Assembly (NCBI GenBank): GCA_051252375.1
Contig: JBPOFY010000003.1
Coordinates: 416,001 to 480,000, forward strand
Direction: 5' to 3'
DNA from: Opitutaceae bacterium
GTDB taxonomy: Bacteria; Verrucomicrobiota; Verrucomicrobiia; Opitutales; Coraliomargaritaceae
DNA length: 64,000 bases
The first letter of the stretch is position 1. Every line of letters begins with the position of its first letter. Both the position numbers and the translations under genes were made by a program. Positions 41,012 to 50,900 of the stretch are shown piece by piece. The notes under the pieces were generated by a model that was given only the letters and a program-made list of their open reading frames with translations, made no database searches and was not told where the DNA came from.

Positions 41012-43075
41012 ATGAGTCGTGGAATTAGCATTGAGAGGCGTTACTTAGTGAGCGCTCTTTGCGTGGTCGCAGTATTGGCTATCGGGTTCTGGGCGTTTTT
41101 TTTAGATGAAGTGCCTTCCACACTCGACGGGAGTCGAAGTTTGAGAGTCTATCAGATTCCTCAGGAGATCGATGCACTTGAGGAAGAAGCTGATGTGCTT
41201 CACGCGGAGATCGAAAAACTGCCGAGTATTGAGAAGACACTGCAATTCGATCAATATGGCTATCACGGCGGCTACCTTCCTCAGCTGGATGAGCTTCCGG
41301 GTGAACCTCGCTGGACGGTGGATGTGCGATTCCTAAAAGGTGCAAAAATGAAGCAAGTGATCTTGGTTCCAGCCATGGATCGCCGTTTCGATGAACGAAG
41401 TAGCTATGGTTTTCCTCTACGCTTTCGAATTTCTAAAATATTTCAGGATGGCTCCACTGAAGTGATCGACGAGTGGTTGGACCAAGACTGCCCGAATCCC
41501 GGGCGGATGCCCATGATTATCGATGTTGCTGAAGAATGGCCCCGGGGCTTTCGGATCGAAGTATTCAAGGGTGCCGTCGAGGGGGAGCGTGAGCTATTTG
41601 CCCTTGATGAGGCATATGGGATTACATCCAAAGGTGAGATCACAAATGCTGAATCGGTTAATGTGAGCTCTAGTTTCGAATCATTGCCATATTGGCATGA
41701 GGATTACTTAACGGATCAAAAGACGAGTCTCGGGTTGCCTTTGGGGGGCGTAGAGGGCGACAGTGTTTCTGCTCTATCGACAGAATTTAATGCCGTATTC
41801 GATCAGGCATCAACCGAGCGCTTGAGTATTGAATTCGATCTCGGGGAAAACAAAGAGCTGGGATGGCTGTCTCTTTACCCCGCTTCGATCCAGAATGGTA
41901 TTCTCATTCCCGGCTTTGGGTTTCCCGGTGGAATTGAAGTGTTAGTTTACCGAGAGGATAAAGCTGGGAAACCAGTTCCGCAAAGACTGAATCGTCTGCT
42001 GAAATACGAAAATTTAAGGCCTGCGCATAATCTTCTGCGACTACCTTTGTATAGTTTGAATGCTCGTTGGATTCGGGTTCATTTTAGTGATTTTCCTTCA
42101 TCAGGAGATCAGAGTTACTTCTCGATGGGTGAGGCAATGATCTCGTTTAAGAATGTGCCTTATCCGATTCAATCTATGCGAATTCTGAATGCGCCAGAGT
42201 TCGAAATTAATGGCCTTGAGGCTTTATTTGACGGTCAAGCGGCAGGGCGCCCAGTGATGTTTCGCTTGGATTGGATGCAGTTGGTGGAGCAGCGGCGTGC
42301 GTTACTGGGTGAGTTAGAAACAGTCGTAACACAGTCGCGGCTACTTCGCGAACATTTGGACCGAATCTATTGGGTTGCTGGAGTTTCAGCGGTTGCGGTC
42401 GTTTTATTGTCAGCGATTACTCTGTCCATGTATTTGATTGTTCAACGGCGGCTAGAGAGTCGAAAGTTGAGGGAACAGATTACGACTGACTTGCATGATG
42501 ATATCGGCAGTTCTTTGAGCGCGATTTCATTAAGCCTTCGGGGGATGCGACGCCATGCCGACAATGACAAACTCCACGAGAGCTGCACTAAGGTCGATTC
42601 GATCATCGCTCGCGTGCAGTCATCCTTTCACGACGTGCTTTGGTTCACCAATACCGATACCGACACGCTCGAGCAAATGCTATCCAAGCTGGTGCATGTC
42701 GCTGAGGAGAATGTTGGTCGCGATCAGTTGGTCATGGATTGTCCCTCTACTCAGACTGTCCCAGATCGAAAACTTAAAGTGATGTTTAAAAGAGATCTGC
42801 TGCTGATCTACCGCGAAGCAATCAACAATGCGATCAAGCACTCGAAGGCATCTGAAATTCGGATCACTTTTCGTTGGACTAAAAACTCATTGACGATCTC
42901 GATCGCAGATAACGGCGTGGGCTTTGTTGTCGATGAGGTTGCCAGCCAGCAGGGGAGCCGTCCGCACTTAGGCTTAGAAAGCTTGAAGCGTCGCGCAAAA
43001 CGACTCCATGCGACATTCGAGTTGATTTCGTCACCGCAAGACGGTACTCATTTAAGCCTGACTATTCCCCTATAG
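41012..43075 (+). CDS. Sensor histidine kinase (HisKA_3/NarX type) with large periplasmic domain
   Basis: Two TM helices; DLHDDIGSSL; EAINNAIKHS, DNGVGF, GLESLKRRA, GT. Confidence 0.92.
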   Translation: MSRGISIERRYLVSALCVVAVLAIGFWAFFLDEVPSTLDGSRSLRVYQIPQEIDALEEEADVLHAEIEKLPSIEKTLQFDQYGYHGGYLPQLDELPGEPRWTVDVRFLKGAKMKQVILVPAMDRRFDERSSYGFPLRFRISKIFQDGSTEVIDEWLDQDCPNPGRMPMIIDVAEEWPRGFRIEVFKGAVEGERELFALDEAYGITSKGEITNAESVNVSSSFESLPYWHEDYLTDQKTSLGLPLGGVEGDSVSALSTEFNAVFDQASTERLSIEFDLGENKELGWLSLYPASIQNGILIPGFGFPGGIEVLVYREDKAGKPVPQRLNRLLKYENLRPAHNLLRLPLYSLNARWIRVHFSDFPSSGDQSYFSMGEAMISFKNVPYPIQSMRILNAPEFEINGLEALFDGQAAGRPVMFRLDWMQLVEQRRALLGELETVVTQSRLLREHLDRIYWVAGVSAVAVVLLSAITLSMYLIVQRRLESRKLREQITTDLHDDIGSSLSAISLSLRGMRRHADNDKLHESCTKVDSIIARVQSSFHDVLWFTNTDTDTLEQMLSKLVHVAEENVGRDQLVMDCPSTQTVPDRKLKVMFKRDLLLIYREAINNAIKHSKASEIRITFRWTKNSLTISIADNGVGFVVDEVASQQGSRPHLGLESLKRRAKRLHATFELISSPQDGTHLSLTIPL

Positions 43076-43087
43076 ACGCTTATCCCT

Positions 43088-43741
43088 ATGGCACACTTGA
43101 AGCAGATCGATCTTTGGATCATTGAAGATAATCTAGACTACCGCGAGTTACTCGCTGAAGAGTTGAACATGGATGCGTCGATTCGCTGCTCACAAATCCT
43201 CGGTAGTTTCGATGAAGCGCGTGAATTACTAAAGACCGAACCTACGCCTGACTTGGTGTTGATAGATTTGAATCTACCCGGCACGCATGGCCTGGATGCG
43301 ATCCGTGAGTTGAAGCAAAAATACCCGATGCTGCTGAGTCTAGTGCTGACGATTTCCGGCCAACGAAAAACGGTGTTTGAGGCATTACGATCCGGTGCTT
43401 CCGGTTATTTACTAAAGAGTGAATCGCTCGAGTCGATTGTCAGAGACATCCATGAGGTCGTCGAGGGCGGGGTGCCATTGAGTAGCCAGGTGGTGCCCTA
43501 TGTGCTGGATTCAATCAAAACACCCGCTACGACTGCAGGGGATGAGCTGGCATTGAATGAGCGTGAAGTCAAAATTTTGAAGTTATTGGCCGACGGGAAA
43601 AGCCGAGCGGATATTGGTATCGAGTTATCGGTCGCTACGGTCACGGTGGATTACCATTTGCGTGGTCTGTATGCCAAATTGGACGTCCGTTCCACCACCG
43701 CGGCGGTAGCTAAAGCCTTCCGCTGCGGGGTATTGAGTTAA
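43088..43741 (+). CDS. NarL/LuxR family response regulator
   Basis: IIEDN, DLVLIDLNLPG, GASGYLLK; LNEREVKILKLLADG..IGIELSVATVTVDYH HTH. Confidence 0.94.
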   Translation: MAHLKQIDLWIIEDNLDYRELLAEELNMDASIRCSQILGSFDEARELLKTEPTPDLVLIDLNLPGTHGLDAIRELKQKYPMLLSLVLTISGQRKTVFEALRSGASGYLLKSESLESIVRDIHEVVEGGVPLSSQVVPYVLDSIKTPATTAGDELALNEREVKILKLLADGKSRADIGIELSVATVTVDYHLRGLYAKLDVRSTTAAVAKAFRCGVLS

Positions 43742-43769
43742 GCGAAAGCTACGTGCCGAAGGGACTCGG

Positions 43770-43809
43770 CTACAATATGTTGTAGTCGAAACTACAAGTA
43801 ATATAGTTT
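43770..43809. promoter_or_regulatory. Candidate response-regulator operator
   Basis: Palindrome CTACAA-TATG-TTGTAG (43770-43785) and a second CTACAA 22 bp downstream, upstream of the PEP-CTERM gene. Confidence 0.45.
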
Positions 43810-43872
43810 GATCTCGGGGAGGTGGATTTGTATCAATATCTCTTTTAATTCAGCATCTGCCCAATTATTACC

Positions 43873-44802
43873 ATGAAGCTTTCCACTTATTCCTACATCC
43901 TGCCTGTTCTAGCATGTCTTTCTGCGGCAAACGTCCACGCTGCAACAAGAACGTGGGATGGAGGAGTTGGCGGAACCGGCACAGACTATAATGTAGCCGC
44001 TAACTGGTCAGGAGATCTTGTGCCTGTAGCAAGTGGTAGTGACATTGCCATTATGGAGGGTGATGGCACTGGCGAGACGGTGCTTTCTGGTGGTAATGAC
44101 AATGATGCAAGAGCTTTAAATGTTCGGGGCGGTCACGTTTTTACGATAAATAATGCTGGTGGCACTCTGACAGTGAGCCAAAACGTCAATGTGGGTCGAG
44201 GTTTAGCGGGCAATGGCAATGAGATTAATCACTCGGCGGGTGCTTTCAACATCGGTGGTCTCGATATGGGAGGCAACACAACTGGGGGCACATCTTCCTA
44301 CAATCTTTCTGGAACGGCTTCGTTGTCGATCGCTGGTGGATCTGGACGAGACTTTGATATTGGCGGTGATGTTGCTGCCGGAGATTTCGCTACGACTTTC
44401 GCAATTACTGGAGATTCCGCTACAGTTACAGTGACAGGCGCTCCTATAGTGCTTCGTTCCAGTGCCATTATGAGCTTCACGCTCGGCGCGACTGGGATCG
44501 ATGCGATCGATACCACCGGAACATTGACCATTTCTTCAGGTGCTGATCTGACAATTATCGGTTCGTCCTACACGGGCGGCGCAGGCGACATCACTCTATT
44601 TGAAGCCGCTTCAATGTCCGGATCGTTCGCATCCGGAGATATCACCGTTACTGGACTCGGCACAGAAGGTGTCGATTGGAGCTTGAGTCAGGATGCGCTG
44701 GGTTCCGGCGATATCGTGCTCACGATCATCCCCGAGCCTGGAGCCTTCGCACTTCTCGGCGGGCTCTTTGCACTTGCCTCTGTAATGATTCGTCGCCGCT
44801 AA
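43873..44802 (+). CDS. PEP-CTERM surface protein
   Basis: Signal peptide; Gly/Thr-rich beta domain (RTWDG..TDY..ANWSGD); C-terminal IPEP-GAFALLGGLFALASVM-IRRR. Confidence 0.9.
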   Translation: MKLSTYSYILPVLACLSAANVHAATRTWDGGVGGTGTDYNVAANWSGDLVPVASGSDIAIMEGDGTGETVLSGGNDNDARALNVRGGHVFTINNAGGTLTVSQNVNVGRGLAGNGNEINHSAGAFNIGGLDMGGNTTGGTSSYNLSGTASLSIAGGSGRDFDIGGDVAAGDFATTFAITGDSATVTVTGAPIVLRSSAIMSFTLGATGIDAIDTTGTLTISSGADLTIIGSSYTGGAGDITLFEAASMSGSFASGDITVTGLGTEGVDWSLSQDALGSGDIVLTIIPEPGAFALLGGLFALASVMIRRR

Positions 44803-44844
44803 AAACTGAAAATGGACGATGCATCCATAAGACACTAATTTACC

Positions 44845-44880
44845 AGTCCGGCGTTCCTTCGTGAGCGCGGGACTTTTTTT
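44845..44880 (+). terminator. Rho-independent terminator
   Basis: AGTCC-G-GCGTTC...GAGCGC-G-GGACT stem followed by a T run. Confidence 0.65.
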
Positions 44881-44930
44881 CGCCCCATATTATTTCTATT
44901 ATAAAGTTAACCCAATACCCTAACTAAACT

Positions 44931-47750
44931 ATGAAACACCTAATATATTCATGTGCGCTACTTGCTGCATGTGCTTTTACGACTAACGTCAACGCCGCCA
45001 ACAGGACTTGGAATGGTAGCACTGACACCGACTACGATACTCCTGCAAATTGGTCTGGCACCGATGTGCCTGACGCCGACGACGGTGGTATCTTAACTGG
45101 AGGTGGCACTGGTGTGACTTTGCTTTCTGGTGGCAGTACGAATACTGCAAATGCGTTCAATGTCCGTAACGGCCATATTTTTAATATCGATAATGATGGC
45201 GGTGTCTTTAATGTGACCAATAACCTCAATTTGGGTCGAGGCGTCGAAGCGGATGGTTCTGTGATTAACCAACTGGCAGGCACCGTGAACCTCGGCGGCT
45301 TGGATATGAGCGGTAATGTGACCGGTGGCACATCAACTTATACGATCTCGGGCGGTGCGCTGAATATTGGTAGTGCGGATACTTTGGACGTTGGCGGCGA
45401 TGGTCTTACTGGAAATGTTGGCGGTGGTAGTGACGTTGCGACCTTCGCGATCGTGGGGGATACTGCCACGGTGAGTCTCACAAATGACTTGGTGGCACGG
45501 GCTAGTTCGGTGTTCAGCTTTGCCCTTGGAGCGACTGGTATTGATGACATTGATACCACCGGAAATATTTCAATTGCATCGGGTTCGACGTTGAATGTTG
45601 ATGGTGCTTCTTACACGGGGGGCGAAGGAACCATTACTTTGTTCACCTACGCGACCAGTACGGACGCGACGGAGTTCACTGAGAATGTTACGAATTTTGC
45701 AGGTTTGGCTGCGGATGTGGTTTATGGTGCAACTAGCATCGACCTCGTCCTGACTTCAACGGTTGGTCCTGGAGATCTCGCAATCCTTCTATTCTACGCG
45801 GACGATCCTGAAATCAATCCCGGCGAGTCGACAACCTTGAACTGGACCGTTCAGAACGAGACCACTCTGACACTCGACCAGACTATCGGCGATGTCTTTG
45901 GCACGACTTCGATTGTCGTCAGCCCAAGCACCACAACGACCTATACACTGACTGCAGGTGATGGTGGTGCGAATCCAGATGTCATGGATACGGTTACCGT
46001 CACTGTGTTGCCTCAGATTACTTCCTTTACGGCTGACGATACGCTCGTTGGGTCGGGGGATACAGTTACCTTGGACTGGACAGTTACCAATGCGCCCATC
46101 CTGACGCTCAATCCGGGCGCTATCGATGTTTCAGGACTCTTAACGTATGATGTTATGCCAACTGTGGATACGACCTACGAGCTAGTGGCGTCCAACGGTA
46201 GTTCTCCAGATGTAAACGCGACGGTCGACGTCGTGGTGGCTCCGGAGATCATTTCTTTTACTGCCGATGATATTCAGGTGGGCACTGGTGATTCCGTGAC
46301 ACTGAGTTGGGATGTCGAGAATGAGACCATTTTGACGATCAATCCCGGTGCTATTGTCGTCACAGGAAATTCGTCGGTGGTGGTGAATCCAACCACATCA
46401 ACGACCTACACGCTAACTGCGGGCGACGGCACTACAGACGTCGACGCGACGGTTGATGTCCAAGTTGGCCCCGTCATCAATTCATTTACTGCGAGTGTTT
46501 ACTACGTCCAATCGGGCGACCCGGTTGATATTGACTGGTCAGTCGAAAATCTCGGAAGTGGTTCTCCAAGCCTGACCCTGACAACTGATAATGGTGTCGA
46601 TGCTCCGGTGGTTGATGATGTGATTGGCGATACGCCTCCAAATCAGATCAATCCTACTGAAAATGCAACCTATACACTGACAGCAGGCGATGGTGTGAAT
46701 GCTGACGCCATATCATCATTTGAAGTCGTTATCGTTCCTGCCAATCCGGTCATCCCATCTGGAGGCCGAGTCATCAGCGTGAATTTCCATGTTGGAAATG
46801 ATGCTTCGAGTGCAACCCCTGCGCAAGCCGATCATGAACTGACCACTGGGGAAACCGCTGGATACATTCCTTTGGATGGCTCAGTCTGGAACAATATCAA
46901 TGTAGGAGATGGCGCTGCTCACAACACCGCAGGTCCAATTTTCGCCTCAACGGCTCTGATCGACGATCTGGGTGCCCCAAGCGTTGCGACTCTGGCACCA
47001 AGCGTGGACAGCACTTGGTTCGTCGGTTATGCGGCGAGTGCGGCATCGGCGGCAGAAGAATTGAACCTTCCTGGGAACGATGATGACCTGTTCAATTCCT
47101 ACTTAGCCTTGAATGGTCCAAACGGTGATGGAACTCCTTTGGACGCTGCAGTTCTCAACATCAGTGGCCTCGGTTCCGACTACACCAGCGGTGGTTATAC
47201 GCTCATCGTCTACAGCGATAGTGATCGCCGTGGGGGTTCCAATGTCAGGCAAAGTCTCTTTACTCTGACTCCCGATGGCGGAAGCGCCATTGAGGCCTTT
47301 GTTGAAGATGATGATGCTGCTCCCGGTATCAATATTTTCGACAATACCTATGTCTTTAGTGATTATGTCGATGATGGAGCCGACTATTCTAACTTCGTTA
47401 TATTCGAGGGACTGACCGCTGCGAGTTTCTCCCTTGAAATCAGCTCAGCTGACGGAGGACGTGGTGCCATCAGCGGTTTCCAGATCATTGGTAATACGGG
47501 CCTTCCTGCTGAACCACTGGTGCTGAATATCGGCACGAATGGCGCGAACCTGGACCTCGATTGGAACAGTCTTGCCGGTATGTCTTACAATCTGCGTGGC
47601 AACGCGACGTTAGGCACGGATCCTTCGACTTGGGGTATTGTTTCTGGACAAGGTGATATCGTAGCGACTCCTCCTACGAATACGCTTTCAATCACACGCC
47701 CGGTTGATGACAATTTCTTCTACATCATTGAAGAATTCGAGACCCCATAG
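44931..47750 (+). CDS. Large secreted/surface protein with Ig-like repeats
   Basis: Signal peptide; N-domain shared with 43873 and 47918; about four I.SFTA..G..VTL.W.V.N...P..TTTY.L.A Ig-like repeats; ISVNFH...SGFQII domain; C-terminal LDLDWNS..SYNL..W..FFYIIE tail. Confidence 0.8.
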   Translation: MKHLIYSCALLAACAFTTNVNAANRTWNGSTDTDYDTPANWSGTDVPDADDGGILTGGGTGVTLLSGGSTNTANAFNVRNGHIFNIDNDGGVFNVTNNLNLGRGVEADGSVINQLAGTVNLGGLDMSGNVTGGTSTYTISGGALNIGSADTLDVGGDGLTGNVGGGSDVATFAIVGDTATVSLTNDLVARASSVFSFALGATGIDDIDTTGNISIASGSTLNVDGASYTGGEGTITLFTYATSTDATEFTENVTNFAGLAADVVYGATSIDLVLTSTVGPGDLAILLFYADDPEINPGESTTLNWTVQNETTLTLDQTIGDVFGTTSIVVSPSTTTTYTLTAGDGGANPDVMDTVTVTVLPQITSFTADDTLVGSGDTVTLDWTVTNAPILTLNPGAIDVSGLLTYDVMPTVDTTYELVASNGSSPDVNATVDVVVAPEIISFTADDIQVGTGDSVTLSWDVENETILTINPGAIVVTGNSSVVVNPTTSTTYTLTAGDGTTDVDATVDVQVGPVINSFTASVYYVQSGDPVDIDWSVENLGSGSPSLTLTTDNGVDAPVVDDVIGDTPPNQINPTENATYTLTAGDGVNADAISSFEVVIVPANPVIPSGGRVISVNFHVGNDASSATPAQADHELTTGETAGYIPLDGSVWNNINVGDGAAHNTAGPIFASTALIDDLGAPSVATLAPSVDSTWFVGYAASAASAAEELNLPGNDDDLFNSYLALNGPNGDGTPLDAAVLNISGLGSDYTSGGYTLIVYSDSDRRGGSNVRQSLFTLTPDGGSAIEAFVEDDDAAPGINIFDNTYVFSDYVDDGADYSNFVIFEGLTAASFSLEISSADGGRGAISGFQIIGNTGLPAEPLVLNIGTNGANLDLDWNSLAGMSYNLRGNATLGTDPSTWGIVSGQGDIVATPPTNTLSITRPVDDNFFYIIEEFETP

Positions 47751-47763
47751 TTGAAGTCAGATT

Positions 47764-47820
47764 GAGGCTTTGAGTCCTCTTTTTTTACAACAGGTGGAGG
47801 CATAGGCTTCCACCTGTTTG
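47764..47820 (+). terminator. Terminator hairpins
   Basis: GAGG..CCTC followed by T7 at 47764-47786, and stem AACAGGTGGAGGC-ATAG-GCTTCCACCTGTT at 47789-47818. Confidence 0.7.
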
Positions 47821-47917
47821 CGTATTTTCTATTCTGTTTTACCCTAATCATTTAACTCGTCCCTAGACCATTTTTTAGCCGGTAGTTAGTTCACTTACCC
47901 GCACCCCTTAGTTTGTT

Positions 47918-50900
47918 ATGAAATCCCATCGGCATTTGCCCCTAAACCTCGGTGTCGCTTTGAGCTTTCTCGTGCTGACCGCCACAATTTCTCATGCCGC
48001 CTCTAGAACATGGGATGGGAGCACCAGCACGGATTACAATGAGACCACGAACTGGTCTGGGGACGATGTGCCTGACAGTGACGACAGTGGTATCTTGGAT
48101 GGCGCTGGCACTGGCGAGACTCTGCTTACTGGAGGTATCGACCCGGGCACTGTGAATGCCTTCAATGTTCGCGGTGGTCATATTTTCAATATCGATAATG
48201 ATGGCGGCACTTTCAGCGTGAACAACAACCTCAATTTGGGTCGAGGCGTCGAAGCGGATGGTTCTGAGATTAACCAACTGGCAGGCGCCGTGAACCTCGG
48301 CGGCATGGATATGAGCGGTAATGAAACCGGTGGCACATCAACTTACATGATTTCAGGAGGTGCGCTGAATATTGGTAGTGCGGACACTTTGGATGTTGGC
48401 GGAGATGGTATTGCTGGAAACGTCGGCGGAGGCAGTGACGTTTCGACCTTCGCGATCGTTGGGGATTCTGCCACGGTGAGTGCCACGTCGAACATATTGG
48501 CACGGGCTAGTTCGGTGTTCAGCTTCACGCTAGGTGCGACGGGTATTGATGCTATTGATACCACCGGGGTCATCACAATTTCATCGGGAGCGACTTTGAC
48601 AATCGATGGCTCGTCTTACACGGGCGGATCAGGCACGATTCCTCTCTTTACCTATGGCTCACGCACGGATGCGACGGAGTTCACTACGGAAAACATTTCC
48701 GGATTCGGTAGTTTGGTAGCCGATGTTGTTTACGATACAGATAGCATCGACCTCGTGCTGACCTCGGCGGGCGCCCTGCAAATCAATTCCTTCACTGCAG
48801 ATTTCCTCACGGTGAGCTCGGGAGATCCCGTGACTTTGAGCTGGAGTGTGCAGAACGAGACCAGCCTGACCTTAGACCCTGGTGGTAATGATGTGTTTGG
48901 GACGACCTCGATCATTGTTAATCCAACCGCAACCACGACCTACACCCTGACCGCTGGCGATGGGGGCACCACCGTCATGGACACGATCGAAATCACGGTC
49001 ACACCCGCGACTCCAGCGAATTCGATCAGCGTCAACTTCCACGCTAACGACACGGATGCGCTTGTTGACCACCAACTGTCCACTGGAGAGTCGGCGGGTT
49101 TGACTCCACTAGACGGCAGTCATTGGAACAATATCAACGTCGGAGGCTCTACGACGAATTCTGGTGCAGTGATCTTTGCCGACAATACGCCGCTTACAGA
49201 CGACATTGGAAACAGCTCGGCGGCCACAATCAGTTCGACACTGACAACCGGCGTTACTGGCTCTTGGTTTGTCGGCTACGCGAATTCTTCAGCAGCTACT
49301 GAAGGAGAGCTGACCAATGGTATTTCAGACGACAACCTTTTCAATTCGTATCTGGCGACGAATGTTGCCGATAACTTCATACTGGATGTCTCGGGCCTAG
49401 GCCCCGATTTCACCACAGAAGGCTACAGCCTGATTATCTACTCCGATTCGGATCGTCGCAATGAAAGTTCCGGTTCTCGCCAGAGTCTCTATACCGTCAC
49501 CCCCAGCGGCGGATCTCCAGTTACTGGATTCGTCGAAGACGACGACGACGCGACGGTCGTGAACATCTTTGACGGGACTTACATCCTAAGCGATGGAGTC
49601 GATGATGGTGCCGACTACTCGAATTACGTGATCATCAGCGGTTTGAATGCCTCGGACTTTACTATTGAAATTGACTCTCCCGATGGAGGGCGCGGCGCCA
49701 TCAGTGGTTTCCAGATCATTGCCGGCGACATCGCAGTAGCACCTCCACCTGTCATCAATAGCTTTGAGGCTGATGACCACTATGTCCAAACGGGAGATCC
49801 GGTGATACTCAGCTGGGATACTTCGAACGCCGATTCGTTGACTCTTGATCCCGGTAATATTGATGTGACTGGGCAGACTCAATACCAGATCAACCCGACT
49901 GCGACGGCGACCTACACGCTCACGGCCAGCAATAGTGAGGGTAGTGCGGATACGGACCTGAAGGTTTCTGTGGGTCCCGAGCGCCCGAATATTTTGCTGT
50001 GTCTAGTCGATGACTGGGGGGTGATGGATACCTCCGAGCCTTTTTCTTACGACAGCTATACCGATGGTGCTCTAGCGCAGGTTCGGGCTTTTAATACTTT
50101 CTATCAAACCCCGAACCTGGAGCAACTGGCGGATGACGGTATGAAGTTCTCGCAAGCCTATGCATTGCCTGTCTGCAGCCCGACTCGGACTTCTCTGATG
50201 ACTGGCTTCAACGGACCCCGTCACGGCGTAACCGTTCACCTTAACGCGAACGGCACTTACGAAAGACCGAGTGGCTCGAATGTGGCCACCCATCGCAGTG
50301 CGAACGGCTGGCGTTATCGTGGCATGGAAGTGACAGATATCACCTTGCCCCGCCTGCTTTCCGAGCAGGGCTATCGTTCTATTCATGTGGGCAAAGCTCA
50401 CTTTGGAGCCCGTGGTGATGTGACTGAAGATCCGCGTGAAATCGGGTTTGATATTAATTTGGGCGGAAGCGGGGCAGGAGCACCTGGGAGATACATCGGT
50501 AATCCTGGCTATTCGAGTGGCAGCAACCCCGTCCCTTATATTGGTGACTATGAAGCGAACGGGAAATGGTTAACGGAAGCGCTCACTGAGGCCATGAGTG
50601 ATGCCATCGGTGATGCGGTAGGGGACGGTGTGCCGTTTTTTGCTTACATGTCCTATTATGCGGTGCATTCGCCATTCACTACGAATCCGAATGCAACGGG
50701 TGATTACAGCGCTCAAGTTAATGCCAACCACGGGAAGTTCGCCACCATGGTGGAAGGTGTCGATACATCGTTAGGTCAGCTCCGAGCGCATCTGGAAGCA
50801 ATGGATCCCGGTGTTGCGGAGAATACACTGATCATCTTCACAGGAGACAACGGCAGCGATTCACCGGCGCTGAACAGTGGAGGGCAAATCGGGAGTGCGA

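Noticed and set aside
45780..46740. Periodic sequence similarity suggesting a CRISPR or DNA tandem array
   Set aside because: The periodicity is explained by degenerate Ig-like protein repeats. There are no identical direct repeats with spacers and no cas genes.
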